This document shows, piece by piece, positions 43,601-57,500 of a stretch of 64,000 nucleotides of DNA. The stretch spans positions 88,908,001 to 88,972,000 of the forward strand of contig NC_086378.1 in the NCBI RefSeq assembly GCF_036588685.1, in the 5' to 3' direction. Under the pieces are notes generated by a model that had not been told where the DNA came from, did no database searches, and saw only the letters and a list, made by a program, of their open reading frames with translations. The translations under genes were made by a program, and so were the position numbers. This DNA comes from Mytilus trossulus (Eukaryota). Every line of letters starts with the position of its first letter. Position 1 is the stretch's first letter.

Positions 43601-46106
43601 GGTTTGACTTAAATTACATTTGAGCCCCTCTCCTTTTCCTAAGTATTTTGCCCATTCCGTCAACCTGGGTTTCAAAAGGAAGTCCTTTTGTTGGCTTTTA
43701 GTAATAGAAGATAAACTGTAATGAAAGCTGAATTAGTTGTGTGGGCCATGGAATTTCTTGACCACTTGTGATCTGTAGGCCTCTTGTTTTAATTAACCAA
43801 GTTAACCTTAGGTGTGTGTGGTCAACCCTATACCCATTTTTCTTCTTAAAGTTGTTTCTTTTGACATAATGACAGTTTAATTATCATTGATCTTAAGGTT
43901 AACCTGTATGACCTTGTGACCCTAGTGTCCTGTCAATACAGGTGAACAAATCATTTGACAAAATGGGAATAGAGAGAAAAACATCATTCTAAATATGGTA
44001 GGAATTCATTTGTTACATATATGTTAGTTGTAAGGAATTAATAATTTATTGAAAGGTAATAATTTAATATATTTTAATATGTTTCAAAAATTATGTGACA
44101 ATATTTTTTTTATTCAAATTTTAATTTCTGATAGATTTTCTTGGTATTGATTTGTCAAAGTATAGTAAGGACTTTACTACCCTCTATAAAACAGGAAAAC
44201 TTTTTATCATAGGCATTGGAATAAATATTACTAACATAACTAAAGCAGAAATTTTTAAAAAGTTGACACGTTAAATTTAGTATCTAAAGTAAAGAAAACT
44301 CTTTTTTCTCATGAATTAACATGATTAAAGTAAACAGTTAGGGTGTTCATAAACATGTGCACACAACTGAAAAAAAATTAACTTGCATGCAACACTTCTG
44401 CTTTAGTCAAAATTGATCTGGGTTTATTACCAACTGCTATATCCCTTTTAGATATACAACTCTTTATGTAATTTACAAATTATTGATCTTCAAAACTTAA
44501 AGCAACCCTAACCAAGATTCATATTAAAAATTTCTCCCAGGATGATCATCTTTTGCTTTGAGCAAATTTGAAAAATAAATTATTTGGACATTGTTGTCTC
44601 CATAAGTTTTGATTTTTTTACATTCACTAACCTTAGGCTTTTTATAGTTTAGGTACTTTCCTGTATCATAGCTGTTTGCCTATGGTTAAAGGTTGTACAA
44701 CAAGCATTTGATACACAGAATATAACACCTGTCCTTTTTCATAATTTTGGTATAATTTAAAATTTTAATTTAATAATATGGAAACATGAATTTTAGTGCT
44801 ATTACAAAGTCTATTTTATGAATTATAAATGTCAGATAAAAATATCATATTAGATGGATTTATACATAATTGCTGTAAGTGTAACAATATTTTTTACATA
44901 TATCTTTTTATAAGTTATGTGTAATATATTTATTCCATTTAGATATATACATGTAATAGGATGCTGTTTTCATGGTTTTGGGCATATATGTATGCAAAAT
45001 TTGACAAAAATATGAAAGATAATATTGAGTGTATTGACATGTGCTTTACAAGGATATCGAATATAAAAATTGTGTTTCATTAAATTTAAGTAGACAAATT
45101 AGAAGTAATGATAATGGATTGCTTAAAAATGGTGGTCAAAAAGGAAAATTAATGAGGGATGAAACATAAGATGATAACAACAAACATCTATGCTATATAG
45201 GCACTTAGTCTAATAGCAGGACCTTCTGTTGTCTGGTCTGTCATTTAAACATATAGATTTAACGTAATTTTCATTTATTTCTATACTTGCACACTAAAAT
45301 TTTGTGATTAGCTTAAAAGAGACAATGGGGATGGGGAGTGTAGATTTCAATTTGATTATAAATTTTACATGTTTAAGTGACACATTGATAGAATTAACAT
45401 TTAATTTTGAAAGTTCTTTGGTTACATGTTCCAATATTGGACGTTGGGATATTGCAACATTAAAGTACAAATGTACAATTATATGAAGCTGTGATATTGT
45501 AAATTTTATTAAAAGACTTTTGAAAATGACTACATTTAAAACTTGCACATCTGTAATGGCATTTTCTGTGAGTTATTGCACTTTGACTATGATCCTGGGA
45601 TTCCTGACTTTCCACAGCATTTTGCATCATACTCACACCTTATGACTCTTTAACTTGCCACATGGTCCAGTGGCTTAAAAAAATCAGGTGGATTACCCTC
45701 CCCACCCCCTCCTACCTGTTTGGTTTGACAACTAATGCTTTTGTTTGGGGACATTTGATTGGATCCACCCTTTTTATATGACTTGATTATGTAAGAACCA
45801 CTCTCTTTTTAAAAAATGTCGGATCTGCATCTGTTGTAGAGGGTCATTTGCTTTTACAGGATCATCAATTCAGGAAAAAAAGCTTTAAACTTCATGATAT
45901 TGGTTTTACAAACAACAAAATACAGAAATGAGTTAAAAATATAACGAATTGAATAGTAAGCAGATACTGAAAGCATTGAAGCTGTTGGAAAATTCCTATC
46001 TCCTTTTATTGCATCCATTTCTTGGCTAACATTAATTGTTCACTACTCTTTTGAGTTGAAAGGAGAATATATGAGAAGGCCACTTCTTTTAACCCTTGTA
46101 ATTGAA

Positions 46107-46250
46107 CAGTCTGCGCCAAAAACTACTAGTTCAGACACTAAATATCAGAACTTGTCGCTATATGACTATACATGTATAAACTTTTGAAAATGTTCACTAG
46201 TTTGAAAAAATATTTTCTAGTCTGGGACTAGTGGCAAATGGTGCAGACTG
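46107..46250. mobile_element. Second copy of the CAGTCTGC MITE
   Basis: cagtctgcgcca...ggactagtggcaaatggtgcagactg, homologous to 29756-29909. Confidence 0.7.
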
Positions 46251-46438
46251 AAACTAAAAAGTATTAGAAATCTATCTAATAACATTCTTATATATTATTT
46301 TTCTGATTTTCAATAGGTTTTAATCTGTTATTCATAGTTTTGAATTTTGTCTGATAAATTACTATACAGGTTTCATACTTTATGCACTTAATACAAGACT
46401 GTAGAAACTGCCAAATGGCCTCATTTTGAGATTGTTTA

Positions 46439-47954
46439 ATTAGGGCCCCGCCGACTAAGGCGGGTCGCCCTATAGTGATCAGTCTGTCCGTCCGTCCGTC
46501 CGTCCGTCCGTCTGTCCGTCCGTCCGTAACACTTTCGTGTCCGCTCCATATCTAGAGAACCATTATGATTTCATACTTAATACTTAACATGATTATCAAC
46601 CAACACCAGAGGGTGTGTCATGTTGTATGTACAACTTTCTAGGTCAAAGGTCAAGGTCAAAAAATTTGGTTTTAGTTGACAACCCCCTGTCCTGTGGTGA
46701 AGATCGTGTCCGCTCCATATCTAGATAACCGTTATGATTTCAAAGTTTATACTTGACATCCATTTCAACAACCACCAGAGGGCGTGTCATGATGTATGTA
46801 CAACTTCCTAGGTCAAAGGTCAAGGTCAAAAACTTTGGTTTAGAGTTGACAACCCCATGTCCTGTGGGATTGTGTCCGCTCCAAATCTAGATAACGGTTA
46901 TGATTTCAAAGTTTATACTTGACATCCATTTTAACAACCACCAGAGGGCGTGTCATGATGTATGTTCAACTTCCTAGGTCAAAGGTCAAGGTCAAAAACT
47001 TTGGTTTAGAGTTGACAACCCCGTATCCTGTGGGATTGTGTCCGCTCCAAATCTAGATAACCGTTATGATTTCAAAGTTTATACTTGACATCCATTTTAA
47101 CCACCACCAGAGGGCGTGTCATGATGTATGTACAACTTCCTAGGTCAAAGGTCAACGTCAAAAAAACTTTGGTTTCAGTTGACAATCCTGTGTCCTGTGG
47201 TGAAGATTGTGTCCGCTCTATATCTTGAGAACCATTATGATTTCAAATATTATACTTGACATCCATTTTAACCAACACCAGAGGGTGTGTCATGATGTAT
47301 GTACCACTTCCTAGGTCAAAGGTCTGTCTGTCTGTCTGTTGATCTGTCCATCGCTAACAAATTTGATCCACACTATATTTTGAGAGGACAGCTGTTATTA
47401 TTTCATACTTTATACCTGACAAACATTTTCAACTTAACATATATATAAAGCAACACCAGAGAATGTGTCATAATGTATGCATCCTAGGTCTAAGGTCAGT
47501 CTGTCAGTCTGTCCATCCGTTTGTTGTTCTTAACAAATTGTGTCCGCTCTACCTCTCGAGAACCGTTAATATTTCATACTTTATACTTGGTGGGTCATAA
47601 TATATTGAAGGCATAATTCTAAAAATATGTGACAAATATCAATTGGGCAGCACCTTTAAACATATTGTTCAAACATCAATCCATACATCCAGAAGTCACC
47701 TTAGAGTAGTCAACAATTAGTTCACATCATGCAGTCATATCACTATTATACTATGAAAGTAAGATGAGAATATTTATCAGTTTTAACTTAAAATCTTAGA
47801 TTGAAATCACACATGAGACTCCTTAGAGTAGTCAACAATTAGTTCACATCATGCAGTCATATCACTATTATACTATGAAATAGTACTATCACTATTACCC
47901 CACGTTATTGACAGCGGGGCCCACAGAGATGGCTTCCATCTCAATGATATCTAG
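46439..47954 (+). mobile_element. HINE family B with (GTCC)n microsatellite and about 168-bp tandem array
   Basis: subTIRs GGGCCCCGC/GCGGGGCCC, 3' hairpin gagatgg-ctt-ccatctc, CTAG end; five well-conserved and two degenerate units. Confidence 0.88.
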
Positions 47955-48139
47955 TTAATATTTAAATTTGATCCAAGGTTATACCAAAAAGATATTTTGC
48001 TGCAAAATTTCCTATATAAAATGTTCATGTGTTTAAATTATCCTATTTGGGGTATTTTGGCCACGAGCATCACTGAAGAGACATGTATTGTCGAAATGCA
48101 CATCTGGTGCAAGAAAATTGGTACTGTTAATTTTATTAA

Positions 48140-48363
48140 GGGACGACATCAAAAGTTCAATGAAGGATAAAAAACTTAATTCACATAGTTTTTTCACTGA
48201 CCCCCCTACCCCCCTCTTAACTTAATTTGGGAAAAATTGATTGACCCATATGGATATATGTAAAAATCAATGTCGGATAACCAAATCTTGCAGCAGTTCA
48301 ACCCCACCCCCAAACTATTTAAATGAAGTTTTTTATCTTACATTGATCTTTTGATGTCGTCCC
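48140..48363. mobile_element. 224-bp MITE with TIR GGGACGACATCAAAAG, TTAA/TTAG flanks
   Basis: 16-bp perfect TIR extending imperfectly inward; superfamily (Kolobok- or PIF-like) unresolved. Confidence 0.8.
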
Positions 48364-49721
48364 TTAGTATTGGCTCATATCTATTTTTAAGCTGGCTGTA
48401 AAGTGGTCATTTGAAGTCAAATATGTCAATTTCCTGATGTGTAATATGACATCTGAAGTGACCATTCTGCACTGACGTGTCAGGATTAAACCTGATCATC
48501 AATAACATTCATAGCCATCATAGGATTTTGAAAGTCTTAGTCTGAATACTTTTACCAATTTGTGCATTTTCAGTTTGATACATTTAACAGTATGACCCCT
48601 TTATTGGCTAAAGAGAAAACACATTTTTTTCTTACATGTCTAATTTTTAAGGGATTTTTTAGTTTTTACCTTCCATTCCAACAAAGAATTACCCTTTCTG
48701 AGACCTTATTATACAGTTCAATAGACAATCATATATCTGTAAACTTTGATAAGAATTTTTTGATAAAAATTTAATCGCAATTCTCATTTTTATGTTCTGG
48801 ATCAAAGGATGTTTTAAGATTTAACGCATTTATGAAGACGGTAAAATGTGAATAAAAGAAAAATGCAATTCAAAGATTTATAAAAATTTGATGGAAGAAT
48901 GAAATAGAAAGATTTTAAAATACTGAGTAAGAAAATAAAATTTCATAGTTGAGTGAAATTCAGTAAAAGGAAAAAAGATATAATTAAATCAAAGTTAGTC
49001 GGGTGAAAAGAAGTAGAAAGGATCTTGAGAAAATCAGAAAATTAAAATAAATAAAATAATTTTAAATTAACTAAAGAATCATTGAAGTGTACGGACAGGT
49101 GATATTTTTGTATTTGTTTTCCAATTGTTTTTTTTCTTAATCTTAAATAACAGTTATCCGATGTTGAACAAGCTTATTATACATCACAAGGGATATCTAA
49201 TTGAAAAATAGTAGACTCTTAATTTGTAAATTTTTTATTAATGTTTACTTTGAACTTTAAAAATGACATAAAATCAAAACTGTAGGGACAAGAAAAGCAG
49301 GTGCCATTTTAAAAGTGTCTTGATTGCATCTGCCATTCAGAGGGGGATAAATAGAATAGCCCAGGAGATGACTAATGGGAAGAGTCTGATTGAATAAGGC
49401 AATGTTCTAATGAAATGGTTCATTCTCATTCACAAGTTATACTGCCTTATTGGGATGACGAAAGGAAGGAATTTTAACTGAAAAAAATCTTCATTACTGC
49501 TTTTTGAAAATTACATACATAAAGTTTGAAATTAATATTTATTGATTTTGCTTATCAGATTGGGTTTTTTTCATGGATAGTTGTGTAAAAAGTGCTACAA
49601 TTATTGGAATTTACATTTGAAATCACTCTCCTCTGATTGTGTCCATGTTGATATCGCTAGATTAAGGATAATGTAAAATATCGAAGAAAATTAATTAGAT
49701 TGTAGCTGTGTGTATTATCGG

Positions 49722-49793
49722 ATGAAAATGACTTTAGAAACTGTTGAGGAAATGAGAAGACCTAGAACATATTATAACTGTCAAATACCAAAG
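49722..49793 (+). CDS. Candidate upstream first coding exon of the TOX-like gene (MKMTLETVEEMRRPRTYYNCQIPK)
   Basis: ATG after an in-frame stop; AAG|GTACTG phase-0 donor compatible with exon 54462; no homology recognised. Confidence 0.4.
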
Positions 49794-52700
49794 GTACTGT
49801 ATCGCTATTTTAACATTCTAAAACCTTAAGAATCAGTATGAATAAAAATGGGAGTTATCTGTACGATTTTGTTTTAATACAATGTATTATAATAATTGTA
49901 AAGTGTTTAAGAATATTTCTTGTTCGTAAAAAGGTATTCTTCTTAATAAAAAAATTACCATATATTTTAATTTTTAAATCTCCTTTCAGAAAATTTAATC
50001 TTAGACACATAAACTCTCATCCTGGGAGAAACATTACACATTGTACATGGATAATTGGAATTTTGTTCATCTCTATTTAAAAATATAAAAAAAACACCAC
50101 TATTTTAGAGTTTCGAAACAATATAGATTATATTTTCAAAAGAAAAAACTACAAATGTCAGCTTAACGAATTTTACAACCCAAAGAGCCGACATATAAAA
50201 ACTGATACATGTAGTTCAGATAACAATTATTTATGTAAATTTCCATATTTAGCTGACAATTTGCATTATTGCTATTGAAAACTAATCAGTTAATTGAAAA
50301 TTAGCATAAACTTTTCAAGGAGATCAAGGTATAAACTTTAAAAATGAATTAGCTGTAACATAAAGAATAGTGACAAAAATCACACATCGATGATTGATGG
50401 TTTATCATTTGTATGAACAAAATGAAAACTAGCTTATGTGAAAGAGACAGTAACCTAGAAACACAAATTAACAAGAATAACATTTGAAGTGTAGATAAAA
50501 GATAAAAGATAAATGCTTTCTTTAATGTTTTTTTCTATATTGTTTAAATTTTGGTATATCAGAAGAGTGCAAAAACAAGAGTCTGTAGCCAATATAAAGT
50601 TTGGAAATATTGCTATAATGATTATAAATACTCTTTGATAATCTGTAATTGCAAAAAAATTTGTGTTTAACTATTTCTAATAACTCTAAAATCCAGTATA
50701 ACTATTTAAAGACATAAGGGGTTCTCTAAGAATAAATGTGACCATTATTGAATTATGTTGACTTATGCAAAGTGCTAATAAAACTTAAATAATCAGTCAG
50801 ACTGTCAGACACTTTACTATGATTCATATAACCATGTACTTGAAATTTTAAAAAAATGCTTTTAAGTGCCTTCAAATTTTGGATTTAGCATGTGGGTCCG
50901 TATTTTCATTTTTCAGACCCATAATTTCAATCATCATAATCTGATAAAGGTCAATGGGGAGTTGAGTCATCTATAAAGTTCAAGGTTGCCCAGTACAGAT
51001 CACTTCTGTATTATCTATTATAGTCTTGCTAAATAATTTGCTAAAAAAATATATCATATAGTTCTTTCAATGTTGTAAATGTCATTTGAGGTGTGATTGT
51101 CTTTCTAAAATGTCAGCTGTTGTGGACTAGGAAAACTTACATCCATACCATTGAATAAGTGCTGAACTTAATTACAAAGATTTGACCTTTAAAAGACAAT
51201 GAATACATTATATTAGGTAATGTGTTAGCAGGAAGTGGATTCAGGAAATTGGCAAAAAATAACAAATAGTTTGAGTAAGTAACCTTTTGGAACATTTAAA
51301 GTTGTAACTCAGAGTACAAAAGTAGGAAGAAAACTCAAATTCAGTGTATAGTTAACTTAAAGTACTCATTGCTTAATTGTTATTGGAGTTCATTGCTGTT
51401 TTAGAAAAGATTAAAGAAGAAAAAAACCTTGACAAGAATAAAATGATGATAAATGTCATATGTTAAATGACAAGTAATAGTTGATTTTATCACATATATT
51501 TGTCAAGAGAACCATAATTAGGGCACCTGTCAATCAATTGTCCACAAATATGATTTATTGATTGCATACATGATTGTACTCAATGTCCAGTTGTACATAG
51601 TTCTGTGTATTGGCTAATGGAAGCAATACACATGGACAAAACATGTCTGCTCTGGATTGTTTTGTAAAACATGATGGTGCTTAGTATAATATGCTGAAGT
51701 AATGGCGGTTACATGTGAATGACATCAGAGATCACAAATTGTGTTTTACTCTTGAAAAACAAATATTAGGAGTTATTTCTAATATAAATCTGAGGTTGAA
51801 TTTATCTTTGTGCTACCCTTATTATTAAGAATCATCTTTTCGATAATTAGAGAACTGTCTTATGAGTGGTCTTGTTACATACAATGCTCATACCAATAGT
51901 TGAAAATAATAGGTTTGTTTTCCTGCTGAATTAAATCCAAAGATTTTAAACTAGCAAGTTTGAAATCCAACTCAGCATGTTAGACTTGTCTAAATGAAGC
52001 CTAAACATGGTACATATGTAATATTTGCCACTGGAAATTTAACAACCATCAATCAAACAGTTTAGATAATTAATAAGAAGTTAGAAAAAACAATCAGTAT
52101 AGTAAATTTCATGAAATCTTTAATTTATGGAAAAGGGACATAAAATTTTTGGTAAACACACAGTTAAATATTAAATTAATTGTTACATGTAAATGTATGC
52201 CTATTGGGACATCTATGATATCTATAGAGAAGGAAAAAAAAATGGAAAAATACGGTGAAAGCAAGAGAATTTATGGATAGTGATATTAATGCTTTTTTTT
52301 CTCAGCTTGGTGATGATGATGAGATGTCGGTTCTCAGCTTAGAGAAGATAGGTTCCTGTCTCGTAGATAGTTTCTGGCTCTTATTTTTTAAAAAGTTCAT
52401 TTTTTTTTTTAATTATTTCAAATGACCTGTTATTTGACCCTGTAATTAGAGTGATGTTATGGAATTTATCTCCAGGTTAACTAATCTGACCAAATTATTG
52501 ACTTCAGGATGGTAAAACATTTTTATGTTTCATTAATTTCTACCTGAACATGAAAAGGCAATTGTAGGGTCATAACATTTTGGTCATGTGACCATTAATG
52601 ACAGGTGTTTAGAACAGGTGAACTTTTCTTATCTTGTAGTTAATACCTTAAATCTATTTGATTAAATTTAAATTTCAATTATTTAAGATTTGCCTTTATG

Positions 52701-53682
52701 TTTACACATCTTAAATATTTACTAATTTTCAAAGATATTCTTAACGGATTATATTGTTTTGTGTTTTTGTCCTAATCGTTGATATATGGACAGCAAACTA
52801 GAGGTATCTATATAGTGTTGTATAATGATAAGAATATTTCTAAGTATGAATTTTGGTTTGGATTTCATGACATATAATATGGAAAATCTTAGATAAATTG
52901 AGTTCGATCTAATTGGTTTTGGAGTTTTGTAGAACATGAAATTGATCATTAACGGTTACATGATGTTATGACTTAATTGGCTAAATTTTAAGAAATGATA
53001 CCAGAAACTCTATAGAAATGAATACACAAAAGCTACGGTAATATTTTTGTCTCGCCTGAGAGAATTGTTATAGAATGTGAGACAAAGGGCTTATAATCTG
53101 GCAACAGTCATGTAAACTATTGGTATATTTCAGAAAGTTGAAGACCTGGACACTTCATATCAATTTTACAGTTGCCTTTGGTATGAAGTATTTGTTGTCC
53201 TTGACCTTATTTTCTTGGTTCAGCATGAGTCAGCTTGAAAAAAAATGCTTTAAACAAATCATTTTCTTGCTTATGTGTAATAGGAAAACCATATTTATTA
53301 TATAGAAGTATTGCAAGGCATACATGTTCATCTGACAAGTTTCACCTTACCTTGACCTCTTCTCATGTTAGGTGGATTTCTCATAGCTACTCTATATCAT
53401 GAGTAATTGTTACCTCTGAAAACTTAACTCATAAACCAGCAAAAAAAAATCAATAATAATCAGTAAAACTGAAAAGACAATTCAGTGTTTGCTGCAACAA
53501 TTATGAAAAGTTGACTGAATCTTAACTCGCATGGTGTACCTTTTTGAGGGTTCCCTTTTGCAGATAATCGGATAATGGTCTTTGGCAATCATTATCTTGT
53601 CCAATTTGTATTCTCAATTTCTCCTTAGACTAAGACACCTGATAAGACTCCATAGACTTAATTACCATTGCTTTAAGAATGT

Positions 53683-53758
53683 TAAGTGGGGACAGAGGTA
53701 TTGTTTTGTATGCTTTTCTGTAAGTTGGGACAGAGGTATTGTTTTGTATGCTTTTCTG
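53683..53758 (+). repeat. 38-bp tandem duplication
   Basis: taagt.gggacagaggtattgttttgtatgcttttctg occurs twice. Confidence 0.85.
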
Positions 53759-54461
53759 GCTAGTTTTGAGAAAGATCTAATTTTAAATTTGACATCACAG
53801 TTCTTTATATTTACCAAACTTTTAAATTTAATTTTTCTGCTTTATTTTAATCTTTGATTCATCAAATGGCACGGATGGCTGTTGACCAACTTGTCATAAC
53901 AGCTGCTTCAAACAAAATGTAAACAAACTGTTATTACGTATATAGGCCCTCTGGACATTACATGTATCTATGTATTATGGTCACAGTTCCACCTTTCAGT
54001 TATAGCCACTCAGATTTATATTCAAAGGATATGTTATACAGTTGATCTGATTATGCAGATTTATTTTTTTCTAATTTTAAGAAATATGGGTGTCTTCATC
54101 GTCTATTGACACACGTAAATATGATAATATGTTAGGTTCATGTTGTTCAGATCTCACTATAGTTGCAACAGGTGGTCCAGTTTACTACAGTACTAAATAC
54201 TGACCACCCCTTGAGGCACAATCCATCCTGATGTGGGGGGAGTTGTAACATTAAGTTTTGTTGTTATTTACATCAAATATTGTTCTGATGTTACAGTTTA
54301 CTGTGTGGGTGATCAGAAAACTAATGATTTTAATTATGATTATAACTAGCTGTCGATTGTTGCTTCTAGGAGGATTGAGCACAATATATATTCAGATGTT
54401 AGTTTTGGGAAAATTTATTCTAGTTGGTATCTAACTTCTTGAAATTGGTGTTTATTTTCAG

Positions 54462-54548
54462 AACCAAGTTCTGCCACCAGGATTTTTCCCGCTGTCAGCA
54501 GTGATGGCAAACCCATCAAGTCATGGTAACAGTTACTTAACAAATGAG
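54462..54548 (+). CDS. TOX: TOX-like exon ([29 protein letters not shown]), internal ATG at 54504
   Basis: attttcag acceptor, GAG|GTAAAT donor, open in phase 0 with the next exon. Confidence 0.7.
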
Positions 54549-57500
54549 GTAAATTATTTTTCAGCCCTTGATTTTGTTATGCAAGTTATTCCCCCTTTTG
54601 CCAAAATATTTCTTATTGTTTGTTATAAGTTTGGTAACTATAGAAGGCCTTAATTTTACTTCCCATGTAAAAGTAGTCACTCTTATACTTAATATTAGTA
54701 AAGCAACTTGTTTATATTGAATCTTTTGTAAGCCGAACAAAAATCTGTTTTTCCAAAAAGATTCATTTTTGACTCGTTTCACTATTTACAAGTAATTGGT
54801 TATGTTATGTCCATTATTGAGCAGTAGATACTAGCATAATAAAGGGTAGCTGCAGATATATTTTTACTATTTGCGGACTAATGTCTGTGATGAGCAAACA
54901 GTTAAAAGTATTATTAGGACCTAAGAGCTGTAGTTCTGCAGCTAAATATAGGGTTTAGAATATTAGTTCAACTTTTGTTAGCAAAATAAAACTTTATTAT
55001 TTTTGAAGAAAAACATATTTAATTCAATCTTTTTAAAATCATTTCAGAATCCTATCACAAATGTTTTATTGTAGTGTCAATTTCTAAAAGATATTTTACT
55101 TAGAAATTACTGAATTGCAATTATATAAATTCAATTAATTTCTTAAAGAATCAGATTCGAAAATTTTAGAAAGCTCTTAAATTGTACCATCTTTAAGTAT
55201 GACATTTATGATTTAAAATGTGAGTAAAATAATCAATATATGTAATAAAAGTTTTGAAAAACATGAATTTTCATAATTCATAGAATTTTGATATCCTTAA
55301 AGTGCAGTGTCATAATTCAGTATTGTATTACATAATCTTAGGAAAAAACATTTAAACATAATTGATATTAATTTAATTTAATAGATGAAAAAAAATATGT
55401 ATTCATTTAAGGATTCATGTTTTTCACGTTAAATCTTTAAAACATTAAAAAAGAAATTTTTAAACAACAGGTGCTAGATGAAGTTTATTTGTTTTTAAAA
55501 GGTAACATTTTAAGAAAAAAAGTTGAACAAAGATTCATTAGAAAGAAATCTGATAAAATGGGTAATTAAGTAAGGTTTGAAAGAACAAATTTGTTTTGTC
55601 ACCTTAAAACGACAGGTGATGAATACAATTTTGCTGATTTATTGAATGTCGATGAAGGTACTTGAAGAGTTTATAATCCATTTATGGCCACTTAGACATC
55701 ATATTGATGTGGTTTCCATTACACTCTAAATCTTAACAGTCATTGGAGATCTCAGGAAAGGTTTTTTTTTTAAATTGATGTTTTGAATTTAAAAAGTTTG
55801 GATAATTAGGAACATGAGAACTGATTAGTTTTGACTTTGTAAGTAGACGGAATTTAAACCAGAATTGGTAGTGTCACACTCTTGAGTGGATATCAGAATT
55901 CTGAAGCTAATTGAAGAATGTTTAAAGAATAAAATGAAATATATGAAATTTTCCAATAAAATACATTATTTAAGAACTAATGATTTATGAAGTATTAAAA
56001 GTCATCAAGGATTCTATAGAAGTTTCAAACAAGAGTGTGACACTGTGTATTGGATAACCGTTGTTTAAGCTTCTTTACTAAATCCTAAATAGAAAGTTCT
56101 AAATACATGTATTTCATATTTGATAAGCAATTAAAATAATACTGCAAATGCAAAAATGTTTATGCATTTATTATATAACAACTGTTGAATAAGGTAATAA
56201 AATTAAAGATTGATTGGTGCGATATCAGGAAATGCAGCGTAGAAAGAAAGTACCAAAAATTTGAAATGAGAGTACATATGTACTGACTTTTGTGAAACCT
56301 ATTTTTGCAATAATGAAAACATCGAAAAATTTTCTGAATGTATACGGATCATTGTGTCAGTTTACTATAGAACAACAACTGTTTCATGCTCTCATTTGAA
56401 TACAGTCAACTTGGAGCACTGGTGCAACTTTTAGCTTAATCAATTAATTAATCAGTAAATATAAGTAGAACAGATAAGGTCAAAGTGACCTACATATTTA
56501 AATTTGTTTCTTCCTATAGTCCAGTAAGAGTATTTATTATAATTGACCTACATAATAGAATTCCTGTTTTTTACGATTTAGTAATGATAACTATATATTA
56601 TTGAAACTGCAATTATTTATACATATAATCATCAAATTATATACTGATAGATAAAATTAAAACTATTCCAAGATAAGATAATTTTCCCCTAATGAGTACC
56701 ATTGATGCCCAATGATTAACAGATAATATTATACAGAAAATTATAAAAGATTGCTTCCTGTGTAAATCAATATTCTATCCATTTGTAAGTAGCTCCTACA
56801 AATTGCTTTATTGGTGAAATCCATTTGACTGTCAGTTTCTGTTAGATTTGTGTAATTACTCACAAATACAATTGTTTTGGTAAGGAGGAAAAAACTGTAA
56901 ACAAACATGGTGAAATATAGTCAGAAATTTCCATTAGATTTTTGGCAATACTAAACTGACTTCATAGTTTTGTAGCAAAAACACAACTTTGATTATCGAA
57001 AAAGGCAACATCTTAAATATGAAAAAGAATTAAAAATTTATAAACATTTACATGCTTTAGATAACATCTTAATGATTGAGAAAGAAAAAAAATGTCTGCC
57101 ATGTAGTTGTGAAGAAAAATAAAGAAACTGAAGAAGGCCAATGGGTGAAACGTCTTAATGATTGGTTTAATACTACCATGATGCTTTAAATGTGTTAAAT
57201 TATTTATGTTTTATTTTAAGACAAATACATACATATATATTTTCAAAACAGACTTCTGTGACATTCTTTAGTCATTTTCTGTTTCAAAATCACTTTTGAA
57301 TCTTACACTCTGACAGCGCAGGCTAACATTTAAGAAGACAGTCAGTATTTGTTGTGACCAGTTATTTTGATACATGAAATTATAGAAAGTTACTATTTTA
57401 TTTACTAGTGTCATCCAACCTTTATATTGTTACTTATCAATACATTTATATTTATTGCAGTCTTTTCACACACCTTGTTTTGGAGACGACGATTTTGATA

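Noticed and set aside
52273-52400. Acidic short ORF (MDSDINAFFSQLGDDDEMSV...) as a TOX first exon
   Set aside because: No convincing phase-0 donor; it runs into T-rich sequence
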